64,000 nucleotides of DNA from Eledone cirrhosa (lineage: Eukaryota), in assembly GCA_964016885.1 (NCBI GenBank), contig OZ024740.1, forward strand, positions 388,554,001 through 388,618,000, read 5' to 3'. A model generated the notes under the pieces. It did no database searches, was not told where the DNA came from, and saw only the letters and a list, made by a program, of their open reading frames with translations. The position numbers and the translations under genes are program-made. Positions 13,177-25,693 of this stretch are shown here, piece after piece (positions within the stretch are counted from its first letter, which is position 1; each line of letters begins with the position of its first letter).

Positions 13177-13785
13177 GGTATATATGTATGTAAGTATGAG
13201 CATGTAAGTATGTGTATGTGAGTGTATGTATTTGTAGAGGTGTACATATATGTATGTGTGTGAATGTGTATGTTTTTAAAAAAAATAAGTATATATACGC
13301 ATATATTTATGTGTGGGCGAACGGATACGTACATTGAAAGAAAAAATTAAGTCTGTATGTGAATTAAGTGCAAACACAAAACTAACCATACATATCTATA
13401 CTATCTCTAATCCTTCTATAGATTTAGAAAAACAACCAATACAACCAACGCCAAATAATGAATATTCTATAAAAATGTCAAACTCAACTAACAAAATAAC
13501 AGATGGGAATCTAATTACCCACTGCTATCAAACAATTTCTATCCACTCCCTTAACTATTCTTCTAACAACTTCACTCCTCCCTCTTAATATTCTCTATAA
13601 AAACCAAACAAGTTCTGAATGATATTATTCTGATGAAATTGGTAGTTGAAAATAACATTGAAATATTGAGTGTCTGCATAATTAATACTTTCTAGATAGC
13701 AGCTGTTTTCAGGTTAAATAACTGTTATTGAAACACGTGTCAATAAATTCCTTTTACTGAACTGTATCCATTTAAATCCTTCTAT
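12862..13785 (+). repeat. 5' pseudo-LTR
   Basis: Highly similar direct repeat of 16418-17355. Confidence 0.92.
13625..13746 (+). ncRNA. Hammerhead ribozyme with ~95 nt stem II insertion
   Basis: TTATT-CTGATGA-AAT(T)GGTAGTT...AACTGTTATT-GAAAC-ACGT-GTC-AATAA. Confidence 0.78.
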
Positions 13786-13947
13786 TTTCTCCGGATTACT
13801 TTTGAAACTACAACTGGAACCGTCGAGCAACCCTACGTGAGCTGTCCATCTACTGTGTATAATATTCATATTACAACACTACGGATAATACTATATATTT
13901 ACCTCCTGTAAAGTTGAGCAACCCACTCAGCAAACGTAACCACAACA

Positions 13948-16330
13948 ATGGAAAAGCATTACCTGGATATGTCACTTAAAAACATACCAACCCAAGGTAA
14001 AAAGGAATACTTATTGAGTATGATACAAAAAACAAACGAATTCATTCGACGTGTCAGGTGGAAAACGCTCCACTATGATAGAAGCCGTATGAACTCACAA
14101 TCAGAAAGTGGTGTAAACAACAAATTTGGTTTTAGAACGTGTAAAAACCCACCCACTAACCCACTATTAGATGCATTTGAGCAGGACCTTATGGACTTAA
14201 TCCTTAAAATTAAATTCAAAGGACGTAACACCAACAACAAACTGCAGAAAGATATTAAAAAACTACTGGACGACCTTAAAAACACCAAATTAATTGTAGT
14301 AAAAGCGGACAAAACATCTAACCTGTACACTATGGACTGCACTACATATAACAACTTCATTCGAAAAGAATTACATTAAAAATATAGAAAAACAAGTGAA
14401 GTTACCCTTAAGCACATCAATGATGAGGCATGCGAAATAGTGAAAAATCTCAGAATCGAAGATAGGACTGGACCAATCTTACCGGCGGTACCCACCTTCA
14501 ATCTCAAGGACCATAAGGTAAACTTTGATAATGACCCTAAAATTAGACTAATCTGCCCCTCTAAATCAGATATAGGTAAAATAAGCAAATATATCTTAGA
14601 TAGAATCATCCCCCAATTTAAGGCTAAGGTTAACATTAAACTCTGGGGGAAGACCCAAGAAGCAATAAGATGGTTTAATAGTATTAGCAATAAGAATAAA
14701 TATAAGTTTATCCAGTTTAATATCGATGAATATTACTCATCGATATCACCTGAAACTCTGAATAGAGCCCTTGAGTTTGCTAAGGATAACTCTGACCTTA
14801 CAAACGAAGAAATTAAGATTATATTAGAAGCTAGGAAAACTATAGTCAAATTTGAGAACAGTTATCGGGTTCGTAAAGATAGACCCTCCAACTTTGATAT
14901 AACAATGGGCTCTAACGATTCGGCGGAAATAACTGATATTGTGGGGTTATTTATCGCCTTTAGACTCCAGGAAAAATTCAGTAATCTCCACAGTGGAATA
15001 TACCGCGATGATGCTCTCCTCCTAGTTAAAAACCTAAATAACCAAAAACTAGAAAAACTACGCAAAGATATAAGAAAACTACTACTTGAAATAGGACTAA
15101 CTATAACATATGAACACAACCTTAAAGTAGTTAACTTCCTGGATGTCACACTCAATTTAAACTCTGGTCTGATTAAACCGTTTCATAAATTAAATGAAAA
15201 TCTCAAGTACGTGAATGTTGGGTCTAACCACCCCATCTCTATAATTAAATCTATCCCTAAAAATATTTCCCTTAGAATCTCGGGTCTATCTTCTAACATA
15301 CAAGTATTTAAGGAACACGCCGAGTACTACGATAACGCCCTTAGTAAAGCAGGCTACCTCAACAAAATAGAATATATAGATGAAAACAATCAAAATAAAT
15401 CCCACATAGGTAAAAATAATAACACAACACCAAACCACACTTACTACCATAGTGTACACACCAATAAACCAACAAACAAAACTCATAGAAAGTGATGCAA
15501 AGAGTACTTATGGTATAACCCTGAAAACAATAGTTCCATTAGTACAAATTTGCCAGTACTCTTCTTTAAAATAGTTAAGAAAGATTTTCCTACATCACAC
15601 AAATACCACAAAATCCTAAACCCTACCACTATAAGACTATCATACTCTACAGCGTTAAACCTTGAACAACACATAAAAAAGATTAATACTAGAAGGTTAA
15701 ACGAAAACACTAAAAACTTAAGTACAAAGAGCACAAAAAAAAACAGTAGACAATACACTACAGAACATAAATAAACCACACCTAAGTTCGTCCGCAATAC
15801 TACTCCAGAGTGAACCTAACTACAAAACCAACGTACACAACTGTAACTGCACCTATCCTGACAATTGCCCTCTCGGCAATAACTGCCTTGAAAAAAATAT
15901 CATCTATAAGTGTACCATCGAATCCGGAGGCAACGAGTGGTATTACGTGGGATCAACGGCAACATCGTTTAAATCTCGATTATATAGGCATTCTTACTCA
16001 ATAAAACACCAGAGCTAAAGAAATGTAACAACTTTAGCAGAGAAAGCTTGGACGCTCAGGGATAGCGATCAAAAGTTTACTCTAAAATGGGAGAAATTAA
16101 CTAAAACGCAAAGCTTTTCCAGGAGCCAAAATTTCTGCAAATTATGTAATCTTGAGATTGATTACATAATCACACACAAGAAGAAACTGCTTAATAACAG
16201 AATTGAACGAACATTATTCTGCCGTCACCGAACTAAAACCCTTTTTCCCCCACTACAAGCTGAATATTACATAAACGAGGGACATCCTCCCAACTATACA
16301 AATCCTCAATCTAATTATAAAGCAATCTCT
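13948..16330 (+). pseudogene. Naiad-type PLE reverse transcriptase + GIY-YIG endonuclease, disrupted
   Basis: Motifs SLKNIP, VKADKTSNLY, RLICPSKSDIG, ITMGSNDSAE, YRDD, VNFLDVTL, SNHP, LWYNP, CNCTYPDNCPLGNNC, IIYKC...YYVGST, CKLCNLE...LLN...CRHR. Stops at 14377, 15493 and 15772, plus frameshifts. Confidence 0.92.
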
Positions 16331-16417
16331 TCTCAACATATATATGTACTATTAATAACCTTAAATTACCACACTAATAATGGATAAATATGCTGGTGAG
16401 AATAGGTGTGAATATGC

Positions 16418-16557
16418 TATAATGAATGTGTCTAAAAGCGACCATATGTATGTATATATGTGAAAATGTATATAAATAAGTAAATAAGTGGGTGAGTGTA
16501 TATATATATATATGTTTGATGTGTATAATTAAATGTACGTGTATTCATGTATATGTG

Positions 16558-16604
<47 letters not shown>

Positions 16605-16706
16605 GGACAAGAGTATGTATGTATATATGTGTGAGTCTATGTGTGTGTATGAAGATAAGTAGAGTATGAAAGTGTATATACATGAATGCGTATGTATGTA
16701 CATATA

Positions 16707-16746
<40 letters not shown>

Positions 16747-17355
16747 GGTATATATGTATGTAAGTATGAGCATGTAAGTATGTGTATGTGAGTGTATGTA
16801 TTTGTAGAGGTGTACATATATGTATGTGTGTGAATGTGTATGTTTTTAAAAAAAATAAGTATATATACACATATATTTATGTGTGGGCGAAGGGATACGT
16901 ACACTTGAAAGAAAAATTTAAGTCTGTATGTGAATTAAGTGCAAACACAAAACCAACCATGCATATCTTTACTATCTCTAATCCTTCTATAGATTTAGAA
17001 AAATAACCAATACAACCAACGCCAAATAATGAATATTCTATAAAAATGTCAAACTCAACTAACAAAATAACAGATGGGAATCTAATTACCCACTGCTATC
17101 AAAAAATTTCTATCCACTCCCTTAACTATTCTTCTAACAACTTCACTCCTCCCTCTTAATATTATCTATAAAAACCAAACAAGTTCTGAATGATATTATT
17201 CTGATGAAATGGTAGTTGAAAATAACATTGAAATATTGAGTGTCTGCATAATTAATACTTTGTAGATAGCAGCTGTTTTCAGGTTATATAACTGTTATTG
17301 AAACACGTGTCAATAAATTCCTTTTACTGAACTGTATCCATTTAAATCCTTCTAT
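16418..17355 (+). repeat. 3' pseudo-LTR
   Basis: Direct repeat of 12862-13785. Confidence 0.92.
17196..17316 (+). ncRNA. Hammerhead ribozyme with ~95 nt stem II insertion
   Basis: TTATT-CTGATGA-AATGGTAGTT/AACTGTTATT (10 bp including G-U pairs)-GAAAC-ACGT-GTC-AATAA. Confidence 0.8.
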
Positions 17356-17825
17356 ATATATATATATAAACATTATATATAATCGTGTGTAATTGTTTTT
17401 TGCGATATATCACAAACATTTTTTATATATCACAATACAATTTTCCTAAAGGCGTTGTTTCTATAGCAAAAAACTTGTAGCAAGATAAATTATAAAAGCA
17501 AGGTAAATTTGTAGAAATGTGCATTGCCAGTGGCAAAACATACACATAATAACGTATATGTTGTTATATCCTCAAATATAAATATTCTAATATTCTAAAC
17601 ACACAAAATTACACTCACCTGTATATTTATATATTTATATATTTATATAGAAAGAAAACGATAGAGAGATGGAAGGAAAAGGAGAGAAAAAAGTTAGAAA
17701 AGCAGAAAAATATACAGAAAGTTTCAGTCCCGAAGAAAACAACAGATGATTCAAATATGAGCATTCATTATGTCCTCGTCCGAATAAATAGCCCCCACCC
17801 ATATATATATATATATTTATATATA

Positions 17826-18307
17826 CTAGCAGTGGTACCCGGCGTTGCACGGATAAGGTATTGTGAAATATATAACCGCCTTAGCTAAGCTTAGTTTTAC
17901 CACAACCACGGCTGGCAAAGAATGAGTGTCTTGAGCAAGGGTGGCAGCAGACAGCCAGACATACAGACAGATATTATAAGGGCGCGTTTTAGACGCAGAG
18001 CGAATTGTAGGAAGTGACGTAATGCAGACAGCCAGACATACAGACAGATATTATAAGGGCGCGACTTTATATGTATGTATCTCTCTAAAAAGAGAAAGAC
18101 TACGAATTATAGAGAGAGATCGCTAAATCGCCTAATGCGGTCCCTAGGGCATTTAAAATTTGAAATTTCCTTTGCTCAGAACACTCCGTGAAACATATTT
18201 ATTACATGTGTAAAGTTTGAAAACAGTCGGTTGGGTGGTTCTCTAGATTTAGGGATTAAAACTCACACACACACAGGCAGACATCCTCAGTTTTATATAT
18301 ATAGAGA
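17826..18307 (-). mobile_element. Non-autonomous Helitron
   Basis: Minus strand reads A|TCTCTATATATATAAAACTGAGG...CCGTGCAACGCCGGGTACCACTG-CTAG|T: 5' TC, 3' hairpin + CTAG, AT target. Homologous to 52293-52884. Confidence 0.85.
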
Positions 18308-18314
18308 TAAGAAA

Positions 18315-18595
18315 TTAAGTCCATAGAATCATTTGCTAAAATATATACAGTATTTCTTCTCCCAATCAGCATAATCAACCACATAAAAAATCAATTAAAC
18401 GAGGCTATAAGTTTAAAATGTACTTATGAAGAAACAATAAATAAATAAATGACAGCTATTTTATCCGCGATCCACAGCCACATAAGATTTACCTAGTATT
18501 TCTAATAGCCCATTCAAATTGACTAGATATATAGTTAACCATACACAATTAGGTACAAAATTTTAGTTAGAAGAAAATATGTACATAAACATACC
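18315..18595 (+). repeat. Diverged single-arm copy of the 24621-25215 palindrome family
   Basis: Shares ctcccaatcagcataat.aaccaca.aaaaaatcaatta...aagaaaca.taaataaata...aaccatac.caattagg. Confidence 0.75.
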
Positions 18596-18613
18596 AAAAT
18601 GTACATAAACATA

Positions 18614-18680
<67 letters not shown>

Positions 18681-18682
<2 letters not shown>

Positions 18683-19039
18683 ATGATATTAAATAAATGG
18701 CAACTATATTTATAAAACCATATTTACTATTATATATATTTCAAGGGTACCACAATTTTGGTAGGCTATCATCAGATAAAATACGTAGTGTGTTTTATAA
18801 ATTATGACATAACCAAGTTATGTCAAAATTTATAACACTTCTTATTTTATCTGATGATAGCGTACCAAAATGTTGGTACCCGTGAAATATATATAATAGA
18901 ATAACTATGGTTTTATAAATATAGTTTCCATTTATTTAATATCATTGTATATTATACTCCAGAACAACTGTAGAGTGCTCTGAATCAGTTATAAACATTT
19001 ATATTTGTTGAATTACCAACAAATTGAATATCCCTTCTG

Positions 19040-19041
<2 letters not shown>
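18681..19041 (+). mobile_element. Palindromic hammerhead mini-element (~270 bp hairpin + ~95 bp tail) in (TA)n
   Basis: 18681-18812 is inverted at 18815-18947. Hammerheads at 18721-18783 (-) and 18843-18903 (+). Confidence 0.85.
18843..18903 (+). ncRNA. Type I hammerhead ribozyme
   Basis: TATTTTAT-CTGATGA-tagc-GTACCA-aaatgt-TGGTAC-ccgt-GAAA-TATAT-ATA-ATAGAATA. Confidence 0.8.
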
Positions 19042-19091
<50 letters not shown>

Positions 19092-19853
19092 ACACAAGGA
19101 ATGTATATCAGTGATTAAGAGAAATCATTTACGTTTTGTATGGCTATATTGTTGGCTTGAGTAAACATAATTTCTATTTTCAGGACGTGCGTATCTATAT
19201 GTATGTATGTATACATATATATTTGTATGTCTTTGCATAAAATACTAATCTCTATAGCAAGGGTACATTTTGAACTCAGATTTTTGGTATATTGATCTCA
19301 AGTTTCTAAACTAAACATATGGTCATTATTGAACAATGTTTAATTTCTCATATTATATATCTATGTCCCATTCATGAATATCGATACTTATATTTATATT
19401 TTTATTATTCATTTCATATAAATTGCTAACTCAACTTAATATGACATGACGTAAAGTTGTCACTGTCCCCCCCTCTCTATATATAGTATTTCTCTCTCTT
19501 GAGTTTTTCTTTCTGTATGATGACTTGATATCTCTCTGTTGCTTTCCTTTGTTTTTCTTATTCCTTCCTTTTCTTTCTTTTTTATTTCCTCCTATCTTTA
19601 TCTATCTCTTTCTTTTCTCCATACATTTCTCTCTCTCTCCGATATTTCTCCAGGTTTTCTTTCTCTTTTCTTTCTCTCTCTCCGTCGTTGTTCTTTTCTC
19701 TCTCCGTCTTTTTTCTTTCTCTCCGTCTTTTTCTAATTGTGCTTAACACTATGACTTATTATATTAACAAATCACTCTCCAGACAGCCTCCAAAAGTAAT
19801 GGTTGTATTTTAAAAGGGTACGTCAAACCTATTTGTAAAACTGTTATATATTG

Positions 19854-19918
19854 TATTTTGTCTGATGAAGGCATACCATAATTTAATGTGGTATCCCTGA
19901 AATATGTATAATGAAATA
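19854..19918 (+). ncRNA. Type I hammerhead ribozyme (same family as 18843), in a solo PLE 3' end that stops at ~19958
   Basis: TATTTTGT-CTGATGA-AGGc-ATACCATA..TGTGGTAT-cCCT-GAAA-TATGT-ATA-ATGAAATA. The downstream tatggttttataaatatagtttccattt is shared with 18905-18935. Confidence 0.82.
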
Positions 19919-20109
19919 AATATGGTTTTATAAATATAGTTTCCATTTATTAATATCGTATATATATATATAGTATATTAGGGAGAGGATCAGGGGTGTA
20001 TAACACTCCACTTATCCAACAGGCAGTATAAGGTTAGCTCGATGTCTGAGGACAGAGCCGTGATATAATCAACAACAAAGAACGCCTATAGCATATGCAT
20101 ATCTTTACT

Positions 20110-20155
20110 TGCTAACATTGTTTCATCCGCACTATAAGTGGGACTCATCAGAGCA
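20110..20155 (-). ncRNA. Minimal type I hammerhead ribozyme
   Basis: Reverse complement of 23916-23961. Confidence 0.8.
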
Positions 20156-22139
20156 TAAAGTTTGATTACATATCACACAAGCAATAACAAATCCAAGACA
20201 TTGAAGAAATAAGAATAAAAAATAATAAAAGATAAAAAATATTGAGGAAGTAAAAATAAAAATAAACATTGAAAAATAAACATTGAAAGATAAACATTGA
20301 AAAATAATTGAAAAATAAGGGGTGCTATCAGTCACAGTTGGGCGGGGTGCTGTCAACATATAGTTACATACAAGCATACACATGGATAAGAGAACAGACA
20401 AGAATAGATAAGATAGATAGCAGTAGGTAAGAATAGATAAAAAATAGGTGAAAAATAGGTGAAAAATAGACACATAATATATATAAGAAAATATAAAAAA
20501 CATACATATAAAATATACAGATAATAGTGATACAGGGTAAGGAATGAAATAAAATTAAATTAAATTAAATTAAAATTAAAATTATATAAAATAAAATATA
20601 ATATAATATAATAATAAAATAAGATAAAATAAAATAAAATAAAATAAAATAAAATAAACTAAAATAAAATAATATAATATAAAATATAATTAAATAAAAT
20701 TAAATAAATAAAATTAAATAAAATGAAATGAAATAAAATAAAATAAAATAAAGTAAATTGAGATAAGATATATATTTTTTTAGAATATATTTCTCGAATA
20801 TATCAGGGGCCCACGAAGGCCCTAAGTGTCACAGTTATCAGTATCACTTGACCATTGCAATGCAATGGAGACGTCCCAGGTTGGGCAGTCTCAAAAGTTC
20901 ACTCGAAAGTCACGGGTGTGCATTCACACAGTTGAGCGGTGGGGTAATCACAAACCGGTTCACACCCGGGCAGGAGTCCAATGGTCAACAGAGGTACATC
21001 GAAGGAAGGTAGGAGAATTCACGTGCAGCAGCAAGAGGCAGACAAGTGGGCCGAAAGCAAGCAGGTGCAGGCGGGCTAGCCGAAAGCAAGCAAATACAGT
21101 TGGGTCAGGCGGGTTAATATGCATACCCAACAGCGCATACAAAAGATATATAAAAAATAGCTTCAAGAGCCAATATCATGAAGTCACCGCATTGGGACAT
21201 CTCAAGATTATACACACCAATATGTTCTGCACGTATATGCACATATACACACCACATGCATATGCAGAGACGGTATACATATATATATATTTTTATATAC
21301 AGACATATACAACCACCTACACCCATACACATATAAATGTATACACAGACACACACGCACACACACACAGCGTAGGACACCCGGGTCAAAGCTGATATTA
21401 AACACAGAAATACCACATCAGGCAAGACCCACCACCACGGGTAATACATTCAAAATAAATACATACGAGGAGATGCAGTAAAATACATCAAATTGAATTC
21501 CTACGAAGATAATCGTGTCTGCACGTGCCATTGCCCGATTCCAGTGTACACAGACCGTTAGTAACTACGGAGGGCTATCGGGGCCAAAACGTTACTTTTG
21601 GGATAATAACAACGACCGTCAATATATGGAAGGCCGATCGTGCTAGAAAGACTACAACACCGGGCAGGAGCTCCCAGAAGTCAGCCTGTAGATCTTAAAC
21701 CACAGAATAGGAGGGCAACACGTACATGTGCCACGTATCTACTGCTTACGGCGAGATGGCACGGGTCCGCCCACAGTTACAGGCTAGATTTCTATTTGTG
21801 CAGCCTATATCACAGTACACGCTCTACATAGATACATTACATCATAACTCATGCGCATACAGAGGTACAGATCCGCAAGATACACGTCGGGATAGACCCA
21901 CCAATGCACCAATGGTGGGTAGGCGAGCGTGGATGGGTTACATCCGCTGTGCCAAACAGGGGTGCTTATTAACATACACACCCACTCACCTGTACACCCC
22001 AATATCCAGATCAATATTCTCCCGCAGGCATACGTATACACTCACTGACTCATATACATAGAAGACAAACAATAGGAAACAGTTACACACAATAAGAGAC
22101 AGTTACACAAGATAGCCCAACTGGAGAATTAAGGAAGTG

Positions 22140-22588
22140 CTAGCTAATAGGTTTAAAGTAGAAGAAAGAGCTTAATATTCGGTGGGGGCAAGAGGAAAAT
22201 ATTTCTGACTTTCTGTTTAGTAGAGGGCATTTAGCAAATATAATAGAGTGGGATTCGGCAAGGCATAGGTTACATACTCTATTATGAGGAGTATATGGAT
22301 GGGATTTAGCAACCTGCCGCCAAGTAAGTGTGTAATGTGTTCGTGCATTTTTTAAATTGTGGACGTACGCTGCCAAGGAGGTGGAGTTCCTCAGTTTATT
22401 GAGTCTAAAAGTGCACTGGTGAGAGTTAAACCTGGTCTTAAAGGGGGTGGAGGTTGATCCTATATAGGTTTTAGTGGACGCCGTGGTTACCACATCACAC
22501 GCGTAAACTATGTTTCTAATAAGGCAGAAACCATTCAGGGGGCAGCCTGAAGCCCTTCTACAGTTACAATTCTGGTGATGCTATTCTG
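22140..22588 (-). pseudogene. GIY-YIG endonuclease domain of a Naiad-type PLE (5'-truncated, frame still open)
   Basis: CNCRRASGCPLNGFCLIRNIVYACDV...TYIGST...FKTRFNSH...TSLAAYV...CNLCLAE...LLNRKSEIFSSCPH. Confidence 0.9.
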
Positions 22589-23915
22589 GAATGTATTACC
22601 CGTGGTGGTGGGTCTTGCCTGATGGGGTATTTCTGTGTTTAATATCAGCTTTGACCCGGGTGTCCTACGCTGTGTGTGTGTGCGTGTGTGTCTGTGTATA
22701 CATTTATATGTGTATGGGTGTAGGTGGTTGTATATGTCTGTATATAAAAATATATATATATGTATACCGTCTCTGCATATGCATGTGGTGTGTATATGTG
22801 CATATACGTGCAGAACATATTGGTGTGTATAATCTTGAGATGTCCCAATGCGGTGACTTCATGATATTGGCTCTTGAAGCTATTTTTTATATATCTTTTG
22901 TATGCGCTGTTGGGTATGCATATTAACCCGCCTGACCCAACTGTATTTGCTTGCTTTCGGCTAGCCCGCCTGCACCTGCTTGCTTTCGGCCCACTTGTCT
23001 GCCTCTTGCTGCTGCACGTGAATTCTCCTACCTTCCTTCGATGTACCTCTGTTGACCATTGGACTCCTGCCCGGGTGTGAACCGGTTTGTGATTACCCCA
23101 CCGCTCAACTGTGTGAATGCACACCCGTGACTTTCGAGTGAACTTTTGAGACTGCCCAACCTGGGACGTCTCCATTGCATTGCAATGGTCAAGTGATACT
23201 GATAACTGTGACACTTAGGGCCTTCGTGGGCCCCTGATATATTCAAGAAATATATTCTAAAAAAATATATATTCAAGAAATATATTCTAAAAAAATATAT
23301 ATCTTATCTCAATTTACTTTATTTTATTTTATTTTATTTCATTTCATTTTATTTAATTGTATTTATTTAATTTTATTTAATTATATCTTATATTATATTA
23401 TTTTATTTTAGTTTATTTTATTTTATTTTATTTTATTTTATTTTATCTTATTTTATTATTATATTATATTATATTTTATTTTATATAATTTTAATTTTAA
23501 TTTTATTTTATTTTATTTTATTTCATTCCTTACCCTGTATTACTATTATCTGTATATTTTATATGTATGTTTTTTATATTTTCTTATATATATTATGTGT
23601 CTATTTTTCACCTATTTTTCACCTATTTTTTATCTATTCTTACCTACTGCTATCTATCTTATCTATTCTTGTCTGTTCTCTTATCCATGTGTATGCTTGT
23701 ATGTAACTATATGTTGACAGCACCCCGCCCAACTGTGACTGATAGCACCCCTTATTTTTCAATTATTTTTCAATGTTTATCTTTCAATGTTTATTTTTCA
23801 ATGTTTATTTTTATTTTTACTTCCTCAATATTTTTTATCTTTTATTATTTTTTATTCTTTATTTCTTCAATGTCTTGGATTTGTTATTGCTTGTGTGATA
23901 TGTAATCAACCTTTA

Positions 23916-23961
23916 TGCTCTGATGAGTCCCACTTATAGTGCGGATGAAACAATGTTAGCA
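23916..23961 (+). ncRNA. Minimal type I hammerhead ribozyme
   Basis: TGCT-CTGATGA-GTCC-CACT-tat-AGTG-c-GGAT-GAAAC-AAT-GTT-AGCA. Confidence 0.82.
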
Positions 23962-24026
23962 AGTAAAGATATGCATATGCTATAGGCGTTCTTTGTTGTT
24001 GATTATATATATATATATATTAATTC

Positions 24027-24236
24027 AAATAACAGATTAAAGTTTAAGCAAAGAATCGCTGCTTTCACCATTAACGGGATCTTCTGAAGATCCCGTTAAG
24101 GGTGAAAGCAGCGATTCTTTGCTTAAACTTTAAACTGTTATTTAAATAAATATTTGCTCTACGGTTCTTATATATTTGATATATATTTATCCTTATCGAG
24201 CCCTCTTTGGATTTTAGTCTTCAAATTTATTATTAT

Positions 24237-24238
<2 letters not shown>
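24027..24238 (+). mobile_element. Palindromic mini-element (~117 bp hairpin + tail) centred on a hammerhead-like CTGAAGA box
   Basis: Arms 24027-24084 and 24086-24143. CTGAAGA-TCCC-gttaa-GGGT-GAAAG. Relatives at 2614, 53040 and 53355. Confidence 0.75.
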
Positions 24239-24321
<83 letters not shown>

Positions 24322-24329
24322 CACATACA

Positions 24330-24465
24330 GAATAGTTACGTCCCTTTACGATCTGAGTTCAAATCCCGCCGAGGTTGACTTTGCCTTTCATCCTTACGGG
24401 GTCGATAAAATAAAGTACCAGTAATGCACTGGGTAATTGCTGGCCTTGTGCCTAAAGTAGAAACA

Positions 24466-24468
<3 letters not shown>
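24330..24468 (+). mobile_element. tRNA-derived SINE, 5'-truncated
   Basis: B-box GAGTTCAAATCCC plus the family core and tail. Confidence 0.85.
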
Positions 24469-24521
<53 letters not shown>

Positions 24522-24620
24522 TACACATACACCAATTAAACAAAGTCACAGGTATATATGTGTTTTGGCAACTTTTCACGATGTGGCTCAATGGAGAATT
24601 AATAAATTAATCAGAGCAAA

Positions 24621-25215
24621 ATATTATAGAGTAAAGCATGTCCTGAGAATTATTTGATAATATATATACATCATCTTTACTCCCAATCAGCATAATTAAC
24701 CACACAAAAAATCAATTAGACAAGGCTATAAGAATAAATGGCATCTAAGAAGAAACAGTAAATAAATACGCTATTGTGGCGTCTTCGCGAGCAACCGCTA
24801 TAGAATATTTACCCAACATTTCAACAGCAGGTGGAAATTAATTAAATATACAGTCAACCATACATAATTAGGTGAAAATTAATGTTAGAAATGCTTATAT
24901 ACATACCAGGATTTAGTGATTTAATCCTGGTATGTATATAAGCATTTCTAACATTAATTTTTACCTAATTATGTATGGTTGACCGTATATTTAATTAATT
25001 TCCACCTGCTGTTGAAATGTTGGGTAAATATTCTATAGCGGGTGCTCGGAAAGACGCCACAATAGCGTATTTATTTACTGTTTCTTCATAGATGCCTTTT
25101 ATTCTTATAGCCTGGTCTAATTGATTTTTTGTGTGGTTAATTATGCTGATTGGGAGTAGAGATGATGTATATATATTATCAAATAATTCTCTGGACATGC
25201 TTTACTCTATAATAT
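24621..25215. repeat. ~595 bp palindromic element
   Basis: 24621-24911 is inverted at 24924-25215. No intact hammerhead seen. Confidence 0.85.
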
Positions 25216-25402
25216 ATATATATATTTCGCCTGTCTCAAAGTCTAGTAGTAGGAAGAGTGAATCATTGTCCTGATGCATTGTCCTCTTCTATTCATAGCT
25301 GAGGCCTTCAAAATGTTTATTTATTAAATATACCGTATATCTTTAGATATACGAAATTCCTATACTTATTTCCATACAGCGATGTCGAAGTTAATTCTAG
25401 TA

Positions 25403-25495
<93 letters not shown>

Positions 25496-25652
25496 AGTAA
25501 GTAAGTTAATTTTTATAATTTTCTTATTTTACGTCTTTCATATAATTGTTCTGCATCCCCTTGCATTGAACCACAAAGTTACTAAGACAAAACCTATATA
25601 TTTGCTAGCATAGGTATGCATCTGTATATATATGTTGGTAGATATACTAATT

Positions 25653-25692
<40 letters not shown>

Positions 25693-25693
<1 letters not shown>

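Larger units (their letters stand above)
12862..17355 (+). mobile_element. Near full-length Penelope-like retroelement, Naiad type, with direct pseudo-LTRs
   Basis: Direct repeats at 12862-13785 and 16418-17355, each carrying a hammerhead, flank an RT + GIY-YIG reading frame. Both ends lie in (TA)n. Confidence 0.92.
19972..24008 (-). mobile_element. 5'-truncated Naiad-type PLE with 1.4 kb inverted pLTR and tail
   Basis: 20063-21451 is inverted at 22589-24008. A GIY-YIG fragment lies between the arms, with a hammerhead in each arm. Tail at 19972-20062. Flanked by (TA)n. Confidence 0.9.

Noticed and set aside
20826-23214. Identical 189-aa ORFs on opposite strands (20826-21395, 22645-23214)
   Set aside because: A consequence of the recent inverted repeat. 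GTG start, no recognisable domain, and low-complexity end.
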